Source: Longimicrobiales bacterium
Lineage (GTDB): Bacteria; Gemmatimonadota; Gemmatimonadetes; Longimicrobiales; Gaopeijiaceae
Assembly: GCA_965248195.1 (NCBI GenBank)
Contig: CBDFIQ010000002.1
Span: 2,144,001 to 2,208,000, forward strand
Length of the DNA: 64,000 bases
Direction: 5' to 3'
Under the pieces are notes generated by a model. That model worked only from the letters and a program-made list of their open reading frames with translations. It was not told the origin of the DNA and did no database searches. Position numbers and translations under genes: made by a program. Of this stretch, positions 38,254 through 47,847 are shown one piece after another (within the stretch, counting starts at the first letter, position 1; each line of letters begins with the position of its first letter).

Positions 38254-39663
38254 CTAACGTCCTGGATCGTGGGGGCCGTCCGCAAGAAACCCACCCTTTT
38301 CGGCCAGAGCCTTGAGGTCGGCCCGGTTGTTCGCCTCGGGACGGTCGAGGACCTCTTCCAAAAGGTAACGGAGGATTTCGCCGAAATGCGGCCCAGGGGG
38401 AAGTCCCAACTCCTTGAGGTCGGTTCCGTCCAGCGCGAGGTCCCCGATGGTGAGCGGTGGGTCTTCGCGGAGGACCGTTCGGAGCGCGTTGACGCGACGG
38501 ATCACGTGTGCTCTCTCTGACTCCTCGTGCGCACGAGCACCCGCGAGCCAGGCCCGCGCGATGTCGGGGAAGTGGGCCGGTCCGACACGATTGAGCCACC
38601 TCCGGAGATCCACGGGCTCTTCGGACGGTGGAGTTGGGGAAAGACTCGCCGCGACCGTTGCCACCCGTTTCGTATCGGCGTTTGAAAACCGAAGCCGCTC
38701 CATCAAAGTCTCGATCCCACGCCGCGTCGCGCCTTGGGGAGGGTCCTCCGCGTCGCGGGCCGTGTCCTTCGCATCGATGTCCGCCTGGCCTTGGGTCGCT
38801 GAGACGAGCGCGAAAAGGAGCGAGAGACGCACCAACGGACGGGTGCGGGACACAGCATCGCATGCGCACAGCGTATGGTCGAGGTCCAGCTGCCTGCGAG
38901 CTGCGCCTCCTCGAGGTGCGTCCGGGGGACCATCCTCCTCCCTGCCGACGATCGGGAGTCCCAGATCGAGTTCGGAATACAACTCCGCGAACACCCCTGA
39001 ATCGGCGTAGAGACCCAGCGCGATCGAGGGGCTCCGCGCCTGGGCCAACACCTTCATCAGCTCTTCTTGAATCCGCTCCGCGGATAATTGGGAAAGCTCA
39101 GGGACGGCAGAGAGAAGGGCTCGCCACGTGTCCGCTTCAATCGTGAGCCCGAACTGGCCGGCGAACCGAAGCGCCCGCAGCACACGGAGCAGATCCTCGG
39201 CGAAACGCTTCGCCGGGTCCCCAACGGTCCGGAGAATCTGTGCGACCATGTCGCTGGCGCCGTTCCACGGATCCAACAACTCGTCGCGCCCAGGGTGCCA
39301 CGCGAGCGCATTGAGAGTGAAGTCCCGGCGGGAGAGATCCTCTTCGATACGCTCTGCAAATTCCACGACGGCACGCCGACCGAAGGTCTCGACATCACGC
39401 CGGAAGGTCGTGACCTCGTAGAGCGTTCCGTCAGGAGCAAGCACGCCCACCGTTCCATGATCCACGCCGATGGGCACGGTCCGGCGGAAGGAGTCCATGA
39501 TCTGCTTCGGGTGCGCCCTTGTGGCGAAGTCCCAATCGTCCGCTGGCCGACCCAGCATGATGTCGCGAATCACTCCACCGACGACCCAGGTCTCGAACCC
39601 AGCCTCCTCGAGTGTGCGCCAGAGCCAGAGGACCTGATCGGGCGGGGATACCTCGAAATTCAT
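38254..39663 (-). CDS. cca: Class II tRNA nucleotidyltransferase (CCA-adding/poly(A) polymerase family)
   Basis: VVGGVIRD, DWDFAT, DLSRRDFTLNA, EDLLRVLR, SAERI. Confidence 0.88.
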   Translation of the reverse strand: MNFEVSPPDQVLWLWRTLEEAGFETWVVGGVIRDIMLGRPADDWDFATRAHPKQIMDSFRRTVPIGVDHGTVGVLAPDGTLYEVTTFRRDVETFGRRAVVEFAERIEEDLSRRDFTLNALAWHPGRDELLDPWNGASDMVAQILRTVGDPAKRFAEDLLRVLRALRFAGQFGLTIEADTWRALLSAVPELSQLSAERIQEELMKVLAQARSPSIALGLYADSGVFAELYSELDLGLPIVGREEDGPPDAPRGGAARRQLDLDHTLCACDAVSRTRPLVRLSLLFALVSATQGQADIDAKDTARDAEDPPQGATRRGIETLMERLRFSNADTKRVATVAASLSPTPPSEEPVDLRRWLNRVGPAHFPDIARAWLAGARAHEESERAHVIRRVNALRTVLREDPPLTIGDLALDGTDLKELGLPPGPHFGEILRYLLEEVLDRPEANNRADLKALAEKGGFLADGPHDPGR

Positions 39664-39667
39664 TTCC

Positions 39668-40240
39668 CTAAGAGGACCCTTCGGCGAAATGGCGATCGAC
39701 GCGCTCACAGATGGCGTGCCCGATGGCGAGGTGCAGTTCCTGCGCACGGGCAACGGTCTCGGTGGGAATTACGAGAGCGAGATCCACCTCCTGCCGGAGG
39801 CGCCCGCCACCTCGGGCGAGGAGGGCCACAGTGTGCATTCGAGCGCTCCGCGCCACCGCCGCAGCCCGAATAAGATTTTCCGACTCTCCGCTCGTGGAGT
39901 GGAGAAAGAGAAGGTCGCCCTCCCGGCCCAGTGCCTCCACCTGACGGGCGAACACGTCCTCGAAAGTGAAGTCGTTGGCACCGGCCGTGAGGACCGACGT
40001 GTCGGTCGTGAGCGCCAAAGCACGCAAGGGCCCGCGGCGGCGTTTGAAGCGGACCACGTATTCGGCCGCCAGGTGCTGCGCGTCCGCAGCCGAGCCGCCG
40101 TTACCGCAGAAGAACAGCGTACCCCCCTGCTCCAAGGTCTCCTGGACCATCGAACCAGCTTGAGCGATTGGCCCTTCCAACTCTTTCGCACAGGCGGCCG
40201 CCAACTCGGACAGTTCGATCAAATCGTTCGATTGATTCAT
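39668..40240 (-). CDS. gmhA: D-sedoheptulose 7-phosphate isomerase
   Basis: CGNGGSAADAQH, TAGAND, STSGES, QELH. Confidence 0.93.
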   Translation of the reverse strand: MNQSNDLIELSELAAACAKELEGPIAQAGSMVQETLEQGGTLFFCGNGGSAADAQHLAAEYVVRFKRRRGPLRALALTTDTSVLTAGANDFTFEDVFARQVEALGREGDLLFLHSTSGESENLIRAAAVARSARMHTVALLARGGGRLRQEVDLALVIPTETVARAQELHLAIGHAICERVDRHFAEGSS

Positions 40241-40256
40241 TTCGCCCGGCGCCTGC

Positions 40257-41075
40257 TTACCCCTTGAAGATATTGGCAAACCGATCCCAGAACCCCTCGC
40301 GAATCTGCAACGGAGGAACCGGCAAAGGCAGTTGGTCCTGGATGACCCGCCCCGGATTGGTCACCGTGAGGAGCCCGAACTGTTCCAGGCCGTCGTGCGC
40401 CGCGAAGAAACCCTCTGCGTCCCTCAAATGGATTTCGAGGTGTGCTCTGGCGTGAAAGTCGCTCGACAGATAGTCCGCCCACCCACGGGCAACAAGCTCG
40501 CACGCCGCTCCCCGTGCCTCGGGACCATAACGTCCGGTGAACGACCCATTGTTGACCTGAAGGTACGCCCCCGCGTCACGCCACGCCCCCGCGCAATTCA
40601 GGTCCTGCCTGATCCCTGTATACCGCTCGGGGTGCGCAATGATCGGATGGTACCCTGCATCCGTAATCCGCTCAATCACATGCTCCGTCCCGGGAGGAAT
40701 CTGAAGGCGGCGCCATTCGACCAGCACAAAGGAGGTGCCAGCGAGGCGAAGGCGTGCATCGGAAAAATCCGGGTCCGGAACGTCGAGCATCACCTCATGT
40801 CCCCGAAGTAGCTCGACATCCGGGAAACGCTCCTGTACCTGCTCGGCCAACTCCTGCCAGGGCCCGTCAACCTCATCCAGCCACTCCCCGAGCAGTCCCG
40901 AATCCCGTGTGTGACTCGCGTTCACATGTGGTGTCGTGACGATTCGTCCGATCCCGGCTGCCACCATGCGCTCGACGGCTTCGAGGGACTCTTCCAGTGA
41001 CCGTGCCCCATCATCGACCCCGGGTACGAGATGACTGTGAAGGTCTCCCACACGAGCTCGCCCCGCTGAAGTCAA
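40257..41075 (-). CDS. PHP-family tyrosine-protein phosphatase (CpsB/CapC/YwqE type)
   Basis: DLHSHLVPGVDDGA, TTPH, IIAHPERY, SSDFH. Confidence 0.92.
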   Translation of the reverse strand: MTSAGRARVGDLHSHLVPGVDDGARSLEESLEAVERMVAAGIGRIVTTPHVNASHTRDSGLLGEWLDEVDGPWQELAEQVQERFPDVELLRGHEVMLDVPDPDFSDARLRLAGTSFVLVEWRRLQIPPGTEHVIERITDAGYHPIIAHPERYTGIRQDLNCAGAWRDAGAYLQVNNGSFTGRYGPEARGAACELVARGWADYLSSDFHARAHLEIHLRDAEGFFAAHDGLEQFGLLTVTNPGRVIQDQLPLPVPPLQIREGFWDRFANIFKG

Positions 41076-41392
41076 GCGACTGTCCCTCCGGCCGACACCC
41101 GGACAAGGACTTCACGGAGCACGGCTCGTACGTCGGCTACCTCGGAGGCGGCTTCGCAGCCGTAGGTGATCAACGCATCGGCAGCGAGAAGCTGATAGGC
41201 CGCCTCCCGATGCCGGCCGGGCTTCGCCACAGCCTCATCCAGATGGGCCAAACCCCCTGCGACGAGGCATTCCGGCATCGACGCCACGCCGCCATCGAGA
41301 TCTGCTTCATCATCCGGAATCTTCAACCAAGCCCTCAACTCGTCCGGAGCAGCAGGCGTGCGCGTGGCGAGCCAATCGATCGGCGACTGCAT
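41072..41392 (-). CDS. Hypothetical protein
   Basis: 106 aa, coupled to alaS and the phosphatase gene by 1-bp and 4-bp overlaps; LLAADALITYGCE. Confidence 0.75.
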   Translation of the reverse strand: MQSPIDWLATRTPAAPDELRAWLKIPDDEADLDGGVASMPECLVAGGLAHLDEAVAKPGRHREAAYQLLAADALITYGCEAASEVADVRAVLREVLVRVSAGGTVA

Positions 41393-44067
41393 CAGCCCCC
41401 GGCTTCACGAATGAGCCTCTCCACCACATCTCGCCCCATTTGGAGCGCCTCGTCGATGCGATCGGGGTCCTCGACGCCCGCTTGGGCCATATGGGGCCGC
41501 CCACCACCCCGGCCTCCGACCACGGCGGCGATCTCGCGGACGACGGCATCGGCTCGGATGCCCCGGCCGATCAAGTCATCGGTGACGAAGGCGAAGAGCG
41601 TATGTTTACCCTCGGGCAGATCGGCCGACACCACCGCCACACCGCTCGCTTCCTCGGTGAGAAAGTTGTCACCCCACTTTCGGGCATCGTCGGCGTTACG
41701 GGCCCGAAGGCGTACCGCCTTGTACTCGGCAGTGACTAGGTCATCGAACGAGATCAAATCGCGCAAGAAAACGCTCTCACCCGCCCCTCCACTGCTTCGG
41801 AGTTCATCCAAGAGCCCCTCCAGGTCCTTGATTTCGGCGAGGAGTTGCCCAGCTCGGGTCGCGGCGTTTTCCTGAGATGTTCCAAGAATCGCGGCGACCT
41901 CGTCCAGTCGGGTCGTCCGCTCTTCCAGACTCCGCAGTGCCCGGCGGCCCGTGATCCCCTCGATGCGGCGCACGCCAGCGGCCACCCCGGTTTCACTCGT
42001 GATCTTGAACAAGCCGATGTCCCCCGTGTGCCCAACGTGGGTCCCACCGCAAAGCTCCATGCTGACACCAGGTATCTCGACAACTCGAACAACGTCGTCG
42101 TACTTTTCCCCAAAAAGCGCCATCGCCCCATCGCGGACGGCCTCATCATAGGCACGAGGGCCGATCACAAGCGGGTGATCCTCCCAAATGCCCTCTCTCA
42201 CGATCTCCTCCACCGCCCGTCGCTCATCCTCGGTCATCGGCGCAGTATGTGAAAAATCGAACCTCAGCCGATCGGGGTTCACGAGCGAACCCCGTTGAAC
42301 CACGTGGGTGCCTAGGACCGTCCGAAGTGCTGCATGCAGGAGGTGGGTGGCGGTGTGATTCCTCTGCGTGTCTCGCCGCGAGACCGCATCCACTATCGCC
42401 CGAACCTGAAGCGGCGCCTCCGGACGCTCGGGAAACGCTCCCTCCGGACCCGTCCCGAGCAGCGCCACTCGATCACCGACTGTGGCCACATCCCGGATTC
42501 GGCTCGACCATCCGTCTCCCTCCACGAGGCCGGTGTCGGAAACCTGTCCTCCCCCTTCGAGGTAGAACGGATTGTCGGCAATTTGGAGGGCCAGGCCATC
42601 CTCCGAGATCCGGACTGCCAACACGTTCGTGGCGGACTCGAGTTGATCGTAGCCGGTGAAACGCTGTTCACCTCCCTCCTCGAGTGTCTCCCATCCCTCG
42701 ACCAGATCCCCTCCCGAAAGCTTGACGTCGGACTTGGCCCGGTCCGCCCGGCTGCGCTCCCGCTGCCCCTCCAAGGCGTTTTCGAATGCCTTTACGTCGA
42801 CGGTGTAACCCCTTTCCTCGGCCATGAGCTCAGTGAGGTCCAGTGGGAAACCGAACGTGTCGTACAATTTGAACGCGTCGGCCCCCGAGATTACCGCTTT
42901 GCGCTTCTTCGGAGTGCCGGATTCGGGGGCCAACTCATCGAAGCGGGCCAACCCACCCTCGATCGAAGAGAGAAAACGATCCTCCTCTGCTCGCGTGGTG
43001 CTCACAAGGTGCTCCCGACTCTCCTCCAGCTCCGGATACGCCTCGCTCATCCCCTCGATGACGGCCGCGACCACCAGAACCAGCGTCGGCTCGCGACGCC
43101 CCAACAGCCACGCATGTCGGACCGCCCTCCTCAGAATCCGCCGTAGGACGTAACCCCGCCCAGCGTTGGAAGGAAACACGCCATCCGACAGAAGAAAGGC
43201 CACAGCGCGGGCATGATCCGCCAGAACCCGGTAGCCGACGCCCTCGTCCGACTCAGGGTCGTAGGGGCGCCCCAAAATCTCGGATACGACCTCGAGCAGA
43301 GGGGAAAACGCATCCGTGTGGTAGTTCGAGTCCGCCCCCTGGACAACCGCCGCCAGGCGTTCAAGCCCTAGCCCCGTATCGATGGAGGGCGCGGGCAGCG
43401 GGTGTAGCGTGCCCTCGTCGTCGCGGTTGAACTGCATGAAAACCAGATTCCACAGCTCAATGAGGATCCCGCGCTCTCCGAGATCGACGAACTCTTCAAG
43501 GGTCGGGGTACTCGTACGCTCCTCGGTCGGCCGGAGGTCGTAGTGTAACTCGGAGCATGGACCACACGGTCCGGTATCGGCCATCTGCCAGAAGTTGTCC
43601 TTGTCGCCGAGCCGGAAAATCCGTTCCGGCGGGACATCCACCACCTCCTGCCAGAGATCGAACGCCTCATCGTCGGATTCGTGGATCGAAATAAAGAGAC
43701 GATCGGGGTCCAGACCCAGCTCGCCCGTCAGGAATTCCCATGCGTAGGCGATGGCGTCGCGCTTGAAGTAATCCCCAAACGAAAAATTGCCCAGCATTTC
43801 GAAGAAGGTGTGATGCCTGGCAGTTCTCCCCACCTCCTCGAGATCGTTGTGCTTCCCACCGGCCCGGACGCACTTCTGAGACGTGGCCGCTCTGTTGAAG
43901 GGAAGCTCCTCTACGCCCAAGAAAACGCCCTTGAACTGGACCATACCTGCGTTCGTGAAAAGCAGCGTCGGATCGTTCTTCGGAACGAGGGACGAACTCG
44001 TCTCGACGGAGTGGCCTCGCGCACGGAAGAATTCGAGAAAACTCGTTCGGATTTCAGCTGTGGTCAT
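41392..44067 (-). CDS. alaS: Alanine--tRNA ligase
   Basis: DPTLLFTNAGM, HHTFFEMLGNFSFG, HTATHLL, ELCGGTH, GGRGGG. Confidence 0.98.
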   Translation of the reverse strand: MTTAEIRTSFLEFFRARGHSVETSSSLVPKNDPTLLFTNAGMVQFKGVFLGVEELPFNRAATSQKCVRAGGKHNDLEEVGRTARHHTFFEMLGNFSFGDYFKRDAIAYAWEFLTGELGLDPDRLFISIHESDDEAFDLWQEVVDVPPERIFRLGDKDNFWQMADTGPCGPCSELHYDLRPTEERTSTPTLEEFVDLGERGILIELWNLVFMQFNRDDEGTLHPLPAPSIDTGLGLERLAAVVQGADSNYHTDAFSPLLEVVSEILGRPYDPESDEGVGYRVLADHARAVAFLLSDGVFPSNAGRGYVLRRILRRAVRHAWLLGRREPTLVLVVAAVIEGMSEAYPELEESREHLVSTTRAEEDRFLSSIEGGLARFDELAPESGTPKKRKAVISGADAFKLYDTFGFPLDLTELMAEERGYTVDVKAFENALEGQRERSRADRAKSDVKLSGGDLVEGWETLEEGGEQRFTGYDQLESATNVLAVRISEDGLALQIADNPFYLEGGGQVSDTGLVEGDGWSSRIRDVATVGDRVALLGTGPEGAFPERPEAPLQVRAIVDAVSRRDTQRNHTATHLLHAALRTVLGTHVVQRGSLVNPDRLRFDFSHTAPMTEDERRAVEEIVREGIWEDHPLVIGPRAYDEAVRDGAMALFGEKYDDVVRVVEIPGVSMELCGGTHVGHTGDIGLFKITSETGVAAGVRRIEGITGRRALRSLEERTTRLDEVAAILGTSQENAATRAGQLLAEIKDLEGLLDELRSSGGAGESVFLRDLISFDDLVTAEYKAVRLRARNADDARKWGDNFLTEEASGVAVVSADLPEGKHTLFAFVTDDLIGRGIRADAVVREIAAVVGGRGGGRPHMAQAGVEDPDRIDEALQMGRDVVERLIREAGG

Positions 44068-44098
44068 GATGCCTGCGGTTGGGCGTCCATTGGCGCCC

Positions 44099-44107
44099 AT
44101 TATAACA
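44099..44107 (-). promoter_or_regulatory. Extended -10 promoter for alaS
   Basis: TG-T-TATAAT about 30 nt upstream of ATG 44067; it overlaps the ORF-track ATG at 44100, which is therefore unlikely to be the start. Confidence 0.65.
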
Positions 44108-44189
44108 ACTTAACAGGCTCGACCACACCGTTCTTGGTTGGGGAACGGGCGTTGACTCCGCGTGGGTGACTCTTAGGATCGGAGCCTGT

Positions 44190-45287
44190 TCAACCGCCGC
44201 CGCTCACCGCGGCTTCCTTCAAAGGCTCGTCCTTGGGTTCGTTTGTAGCTTCTTCGATCTCCGGTTCCTCCCCCAGACCGATCGAATCGCGAACGCGAGC
44301 GTCCACTTCCTCTAGCACATCCGGATTTTCCTTGAGGAAGTCCCTCGAATTTTCTTTCCCTTGTCCGAGGCGTAGATCCCCATACGAATACCAGGACCCG
44401 GATTTCTCGATGATTCCCTCCTCGACGCCGATATCGATGAGCAGGCTTTCATGGCTGATCCCGACGTTGTAGAGGATATCGAATTCGGCCTGCCTGAACG
44501 GAGGAGCACACTTGTTCTTCACGACCTTTACGCGTGTCCGGTTGCCGATGATATCTGCTCCATCCTTGATCGCGCCGATACGGCGAATATCCATCCGCAG
44601 GGAGGCATAGAACTTCAGTGCACGGCCCCCCGTAGTCGTCTCGGGATTGCCGTACATGACCCCGATTTTTTCGCGAATCTGGTTGGTGAAGATCACCGAG
44701 GTCTGGGAGCGGGCCACGGCACCCGTGAGCTTGCGTAGCGCCTGACTCATCAGCCGGGCCTGTAGACCGACATGCGAGTCACCCATCTCCCCTTCGATCT
44801 CCGCCCTCGGGACGAGAGCAGCGACCGAATCGATGACGACTACATCGATCGCATTACTCCGGATCAGTACCTCGGCGATCTCGAGCGCCTGCTCGCCTGT
44901 ATCCGGCTGGGACACGAGCAGGTTGTCTACGTCCACCCCGAGCTTGCGCGAGTACGTCACATCCAAGGCGTGCTCCGCGTCGATGAAGGCGGCGATCCCG
45001 CCCGCCCGCTGGGCATTGGCAATGATATGAAGGCACAGGGTGGTCTTACCACTCGACTCCGGCCCGTAGATCTCGGTGATCCTCCCTCTCGGGATGCCAC
45101 CGATGCCAATGGCCGCGTCAAGATTGATAGCCCCGGTGGGAATCGCCTCGATTTCCACCCTCATGCTATCGTCGCCCATCCACATGATGGCGCCCTTCCC
45201 GAAGGAACGCTCGATCTGCGTGAGGGCCGTCGTGAGGGCCTTCGTCTTCTTGTCGCCCCGGTCACCGTTCACTTCAAGCGTCGCCAT
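44190..45287 (-). CDS. recA: Recombinase RecA
   Basis: [36 protein letters not shown]. Confidence 0.99.
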   Translation of the reverse strand: MATLEVNGDRGDKKTKALTTALTQIERSFGKGAIMWMGDDSMRVEIEAIPTGAINLDAAIGIGGIPRGRITEIYGPESSGKTTLCLHIIANAQRAGGIAAFIDAEHALDVTYSRKLGVDVDNLLVSQPDTGEQALEIAEVLIRSNAIDVVVIDSVAALVPRAEIEGEMGDSHVGLQARLMSQALRKLTGAVARSQTSVIFTNQIREKIGVMYGNPETTTGGRALKFYASLRMDIRRIGAIKDGADIIGNRTRVKVVKNKCAPPFRQAEFDILYNVGISHESLLIDIGVEEGIIEKSGSWYSYGDLRLGQGKENSRDFLKENPDVLEEVDARVRDSIGLGEEPEIEEATNEPKDEPLKEAAVSGGG

Positions 45288-45319
45288 TGCGTCCTCGCAG
45301 AATTCGTGGGTTGGCACCT

Positions 45320-45347
45320 ATTGTACCACACCCGAAGATAAAGCGAA
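45320..45347 (-). promoter_or_regulatory. recA extended -10 promoter with overlapping TTCG-N7-TTCG direct repeat
   Basis: TG-G-TACAAT at 45320-45328; + strand CGAA-gataaag-CGAA at 45333-45347. Confidence 0.55.
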
Positions 45348-45458
45348 AGTCCTCTTAGCGCCCGATGGTCAGGCGACAGAAAATAGCCGGCCTCCGAGGG
45401 CCAGTAAATGTCCCTTCGAGACGTTTTCTCCAGCCCGGAGCCACGATCGAAGCCCAGA

Positions 45459-46841
45459 TCATCCAGGCACCTGTGAGTACGGTTGCCACACCCCGGGGCG
45501 TACCGGCACGTATAGGATTTCTGGTGGGGTACCCCCGGTACCCGTGCTAAAAAGTGGCACTCCCAAGTGCTCACCGACTTGCCGGATGTCGCCACAATCC
45601 AGCCGAACAGCGGCGCCGAATTTACCGTAGGTGCGCTGCTCGAACGTGATGTCGTCGTCGGCCTCGAACCAGGCACCGCCCTCGGCATAGACACCCGCAA
45701 GGACCATGGCTGGCCGTAATTCGCTCAAGGGAGTTCGGGACGGCCCGACCAGGGTGTCTCCAGCGGGCGTGAGAAGCACCTCGACCCCGTCCCCCGTCGA
45801 TAGGCAGAGCGTACCGGGCCTTCCGGCCGGCGGCGGGGGGGTCTGGATGCGGGTGACCACAACCGTGTCCGGTGGGGCGGCCGGCAACACCACCACGTCG
45901 GGATTGGGCCGGTCGCGGAGTGAAGCTCGGCAGAGCCCGCCGCCACAGAGGGCCACCGAGGCGATGAGCCCGAACTTGGAACTCCGGTATACCGTGGTAT
46001 TCGACGAATGATTCACGCCCAGTACATGGGTGCCAAGCCTCACACCATTCAGATCCAATTGGGTCCCGACGTTCCAGTCGAATCCGTTGTAATCGCTCAT
46101 GAAAGTGAGCATCCGGCTTTCGGCTAATTCCAGATTCCATGCCACCCCCGCGAACCAGCCACCGCTGTCGCCCGAGGCATACCACTCCAATCGGTCGGCC
46201 TCCTTGAACAGTCCGTTTCCCCAACCCACCGTGAAGGAGAAGTCGTGATCGGGCAGAAAGGAGGAGGGGAGACCGGGAAGATCCCAGCCCGCCACCGCGT
46301 AAAAGGAGAACCCGGTGTCGATCTCCCGCGAGCCCAGCTGGCCACGGAGTCGGCGGTCTGCCCTTCCGAGACGGTTCGGGGCGTAGGCGATGCCATCACC
46401 GAAATCGGGGCTGCTCGAATACCGCCCTCCGACCGCCAATCCGATGGGCTGCGTCTGAGGGCTCAGAATCGAGAGCCGGCCGAAGCCTCCCCAGAGGGTC
46501 CCTCCCTCCTCGGTATCGCTCAGGGACTGGAGATTGAGCCCGAACTCAAACAAATCGAAGAGCCCACGGGCAACGGCGAGATCACTGTTCCAGCCTCCGG
46601 GGAAGGCCTCGGTTCCCGTGATGTTACCCGAGGCATCGGTCGTGACGTCGGTATCGTTGCTCGTCCAGAAACCGGAGTAGGTGACGGTCAAGGCGCGATC
46701 CGCCAGCACCCCGGCCACCGGAATGTCGATCAACCCGGAGCCATGGCGAAGGGTGCTCGGGACCTTGGTCGTCTGAGCTGCGACACCGGAGGCTACGATC
46801 AGAGCGACCGGGAGGCCGAGGCTTCTAGCACCGAGCAGAAT
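45459..46841 (-). CDS. Putative outer-membrane beta-barrel protein (YjbH-like) with Pro-rich linker and Cys-containing C-terminal domain
   Basis: Signal peptide ending GVAA-Q, GSGLIDIPVA, amphipathic aromatic beta-strands, PPDTVVV linker. Start inferred at ATT 46841. Confidence 0.65.
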   Translation of the reverse strand: MLLGARSLGLPVALIVASGVAAQTTKVPSTLRHGSGLIDIPVAGVLADRALTVTYSGFWTSNDTDVTTDASGNITGTEAFPGGWNSDLAVARGLFDLFEFGLNLQSLSDTEEGGTLWGGFGRLSILSPQTQPIGLAVGGRYSSSPDFGDGIAYAPNRLGRADRRLRGQLGSREIDTGFSFYAVAGWDLPGLPSSFLPDHDFSFTVGWGNGLFKEADRLEWYASGDSGGWFAGVAWNLELAESRMLTFMSDYNGFDWNVGTQLDLNGVRLGTHVLGVNHSSNTTVYRSSKFGLIASVALCGGGLCRASLRDRPNPDVVVLPAAPPDTVVVTRIQTPPPPAGRPGTLCLSTGDGVEVLLTPAGDTLVGPSRTPLSELRPAMVLAGVYAEGGAWFEADDDITFEQRTYGKFGAAVRLDCGDIRQVGEHLGVPLFSTGTGGTPPEILYVPVRPGVWQPYSQVPG

Positions 46842-46846
46842 CGCCC

Positions 46847-47083
46847 CTACTCCGAGCCGAGGCGCTCCTCGACCCGCCGAAGCCGCCGGACGATCGAGAT
46901 CACCCAACCGAGAATGAGAAGCAAGACGACGGCGTACGCGGCAAATACGTGCCAGTAGGCGCGCCCGAGTGTCTGGCGGCCCAGGACCGTTCCCGCCTGC
47001 GCCCACACCGGGCTGGCCTGGAAAAGGAGAACCCCGAGCAAGAGGGCTGTCGTCCATCGAGAAAACCATTTCCGATCCATCAT
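46847..47083 (-). CDS. ccmD: CcmD-like heme exporter protein D
   Basis: YWHVFAAYAVVLLLILGWVISIVRRLRRVEERL directly after ccmC. Confidence 0.75.
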   Translation of the reverse strand: MMDRKWFSRWTTALLLGVLLFQASPVWAQAGTVLGRQTLGRAYWHVFAAYAVVLLLILGWVISIVRRLRRVEERLGSE

Positions 47084-47799
47084 CAGGCCTCTGCTCCTTG
47101 TGCGCTCTTGAGAGTCGCGTCCCGAAGGCTCAATTCGTGCTCGTACCCCGCAACCGCGTACCGGGCCAGGAAAAGGCAAGCAAATACCAGGGTGAAGGCT
47201 AGGAGCCCCACGCCGAACGTCGCATACATCATGCGGTCAAGATCCTGAGCCAGACCGTCAGGGTTGAGGATCACGGGTTCGGGGTGCAGAGATCGGAGCC
47301 AGGTGACGCTGACGTGAATCAGGGGGATATCGAGGACACCGATGACCCCGACGACGGCCGCGAACCGTTTGCCCTGCTCGGGGTTCACCGTACTTCTCCT
47401 CACGAGGAAGTACCCTAGGTAGATGAACCAGAGTATCAAGGCGAGCGTGAGTCTCGGCTCCCACGTCCACCACGTGCCCCAAGCCACCCGCGCCCATAAT
47501 GGGCCCGTGAGCAAACCGATGGTCGTGAAGATCATACCGGCCTCTGCCCCCGTCACCGCCGCGCGATCGAGGCGCTCGTCTCCCAGCCAGAGGTACACGG
47601 CGCTGCAAAGACCGACGATTCCGAACCCCAGGAAAGCCACCCACCAGGCCGGCACGTGGATGTAGAAGATCCGCTGGACGAGCCCCATCGCCGACTCGGT
47701 CGGCACCCAGAAGAACACCATCCAGTACAGCGCGATAAAGGTCGCCACCCCCAGCGTGCCCAGGACGCCGACCGCCCACGGGGTTTGCTTCTGGGTCAT
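47083..47799 (-). CDS. ccmC: Heme exporter protein CcmC
   Basis: QRIFYIHVP, WWD motif WARVAWGTWWTWEPRLT, SLHP. Confidence 0.94.
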   Translation of the reverse strand: MTQKQTPWAVGVLGTLGVATFIALYWMVFFWVPTESAMGLVQRIFYIHVPAWWVAFLGFGIVGLCSAVYLWLGDERLDRAAVTGAEAGMIFTTIGLLTGPLWARVAWGTWWTWEPRLTLALILWFIYLGYFLVRRSTVNPEQGKRFAAVVGVIGVLDIPLIHVSVTWLRSLHPEPVILNPDGLAQDLDRMMYATFGVGLLAFTLVFACLFLARYAVAGYEHELSLRDATLKSAQGAEA

Positions 47800-47847
47800 G
47801 TACCCTCCTGAGTGAACAACACGAGACCTGGACCCCCCTCTCCGGCC

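Noticed and set aside
38246..38869. 208-aa N-terminal extension of HflX in the ORF track
   Set aside because: Overlaps cca in another frame, has R/P/G-rich non-coding-like composition, and a strong SD lies at 38250-38255.
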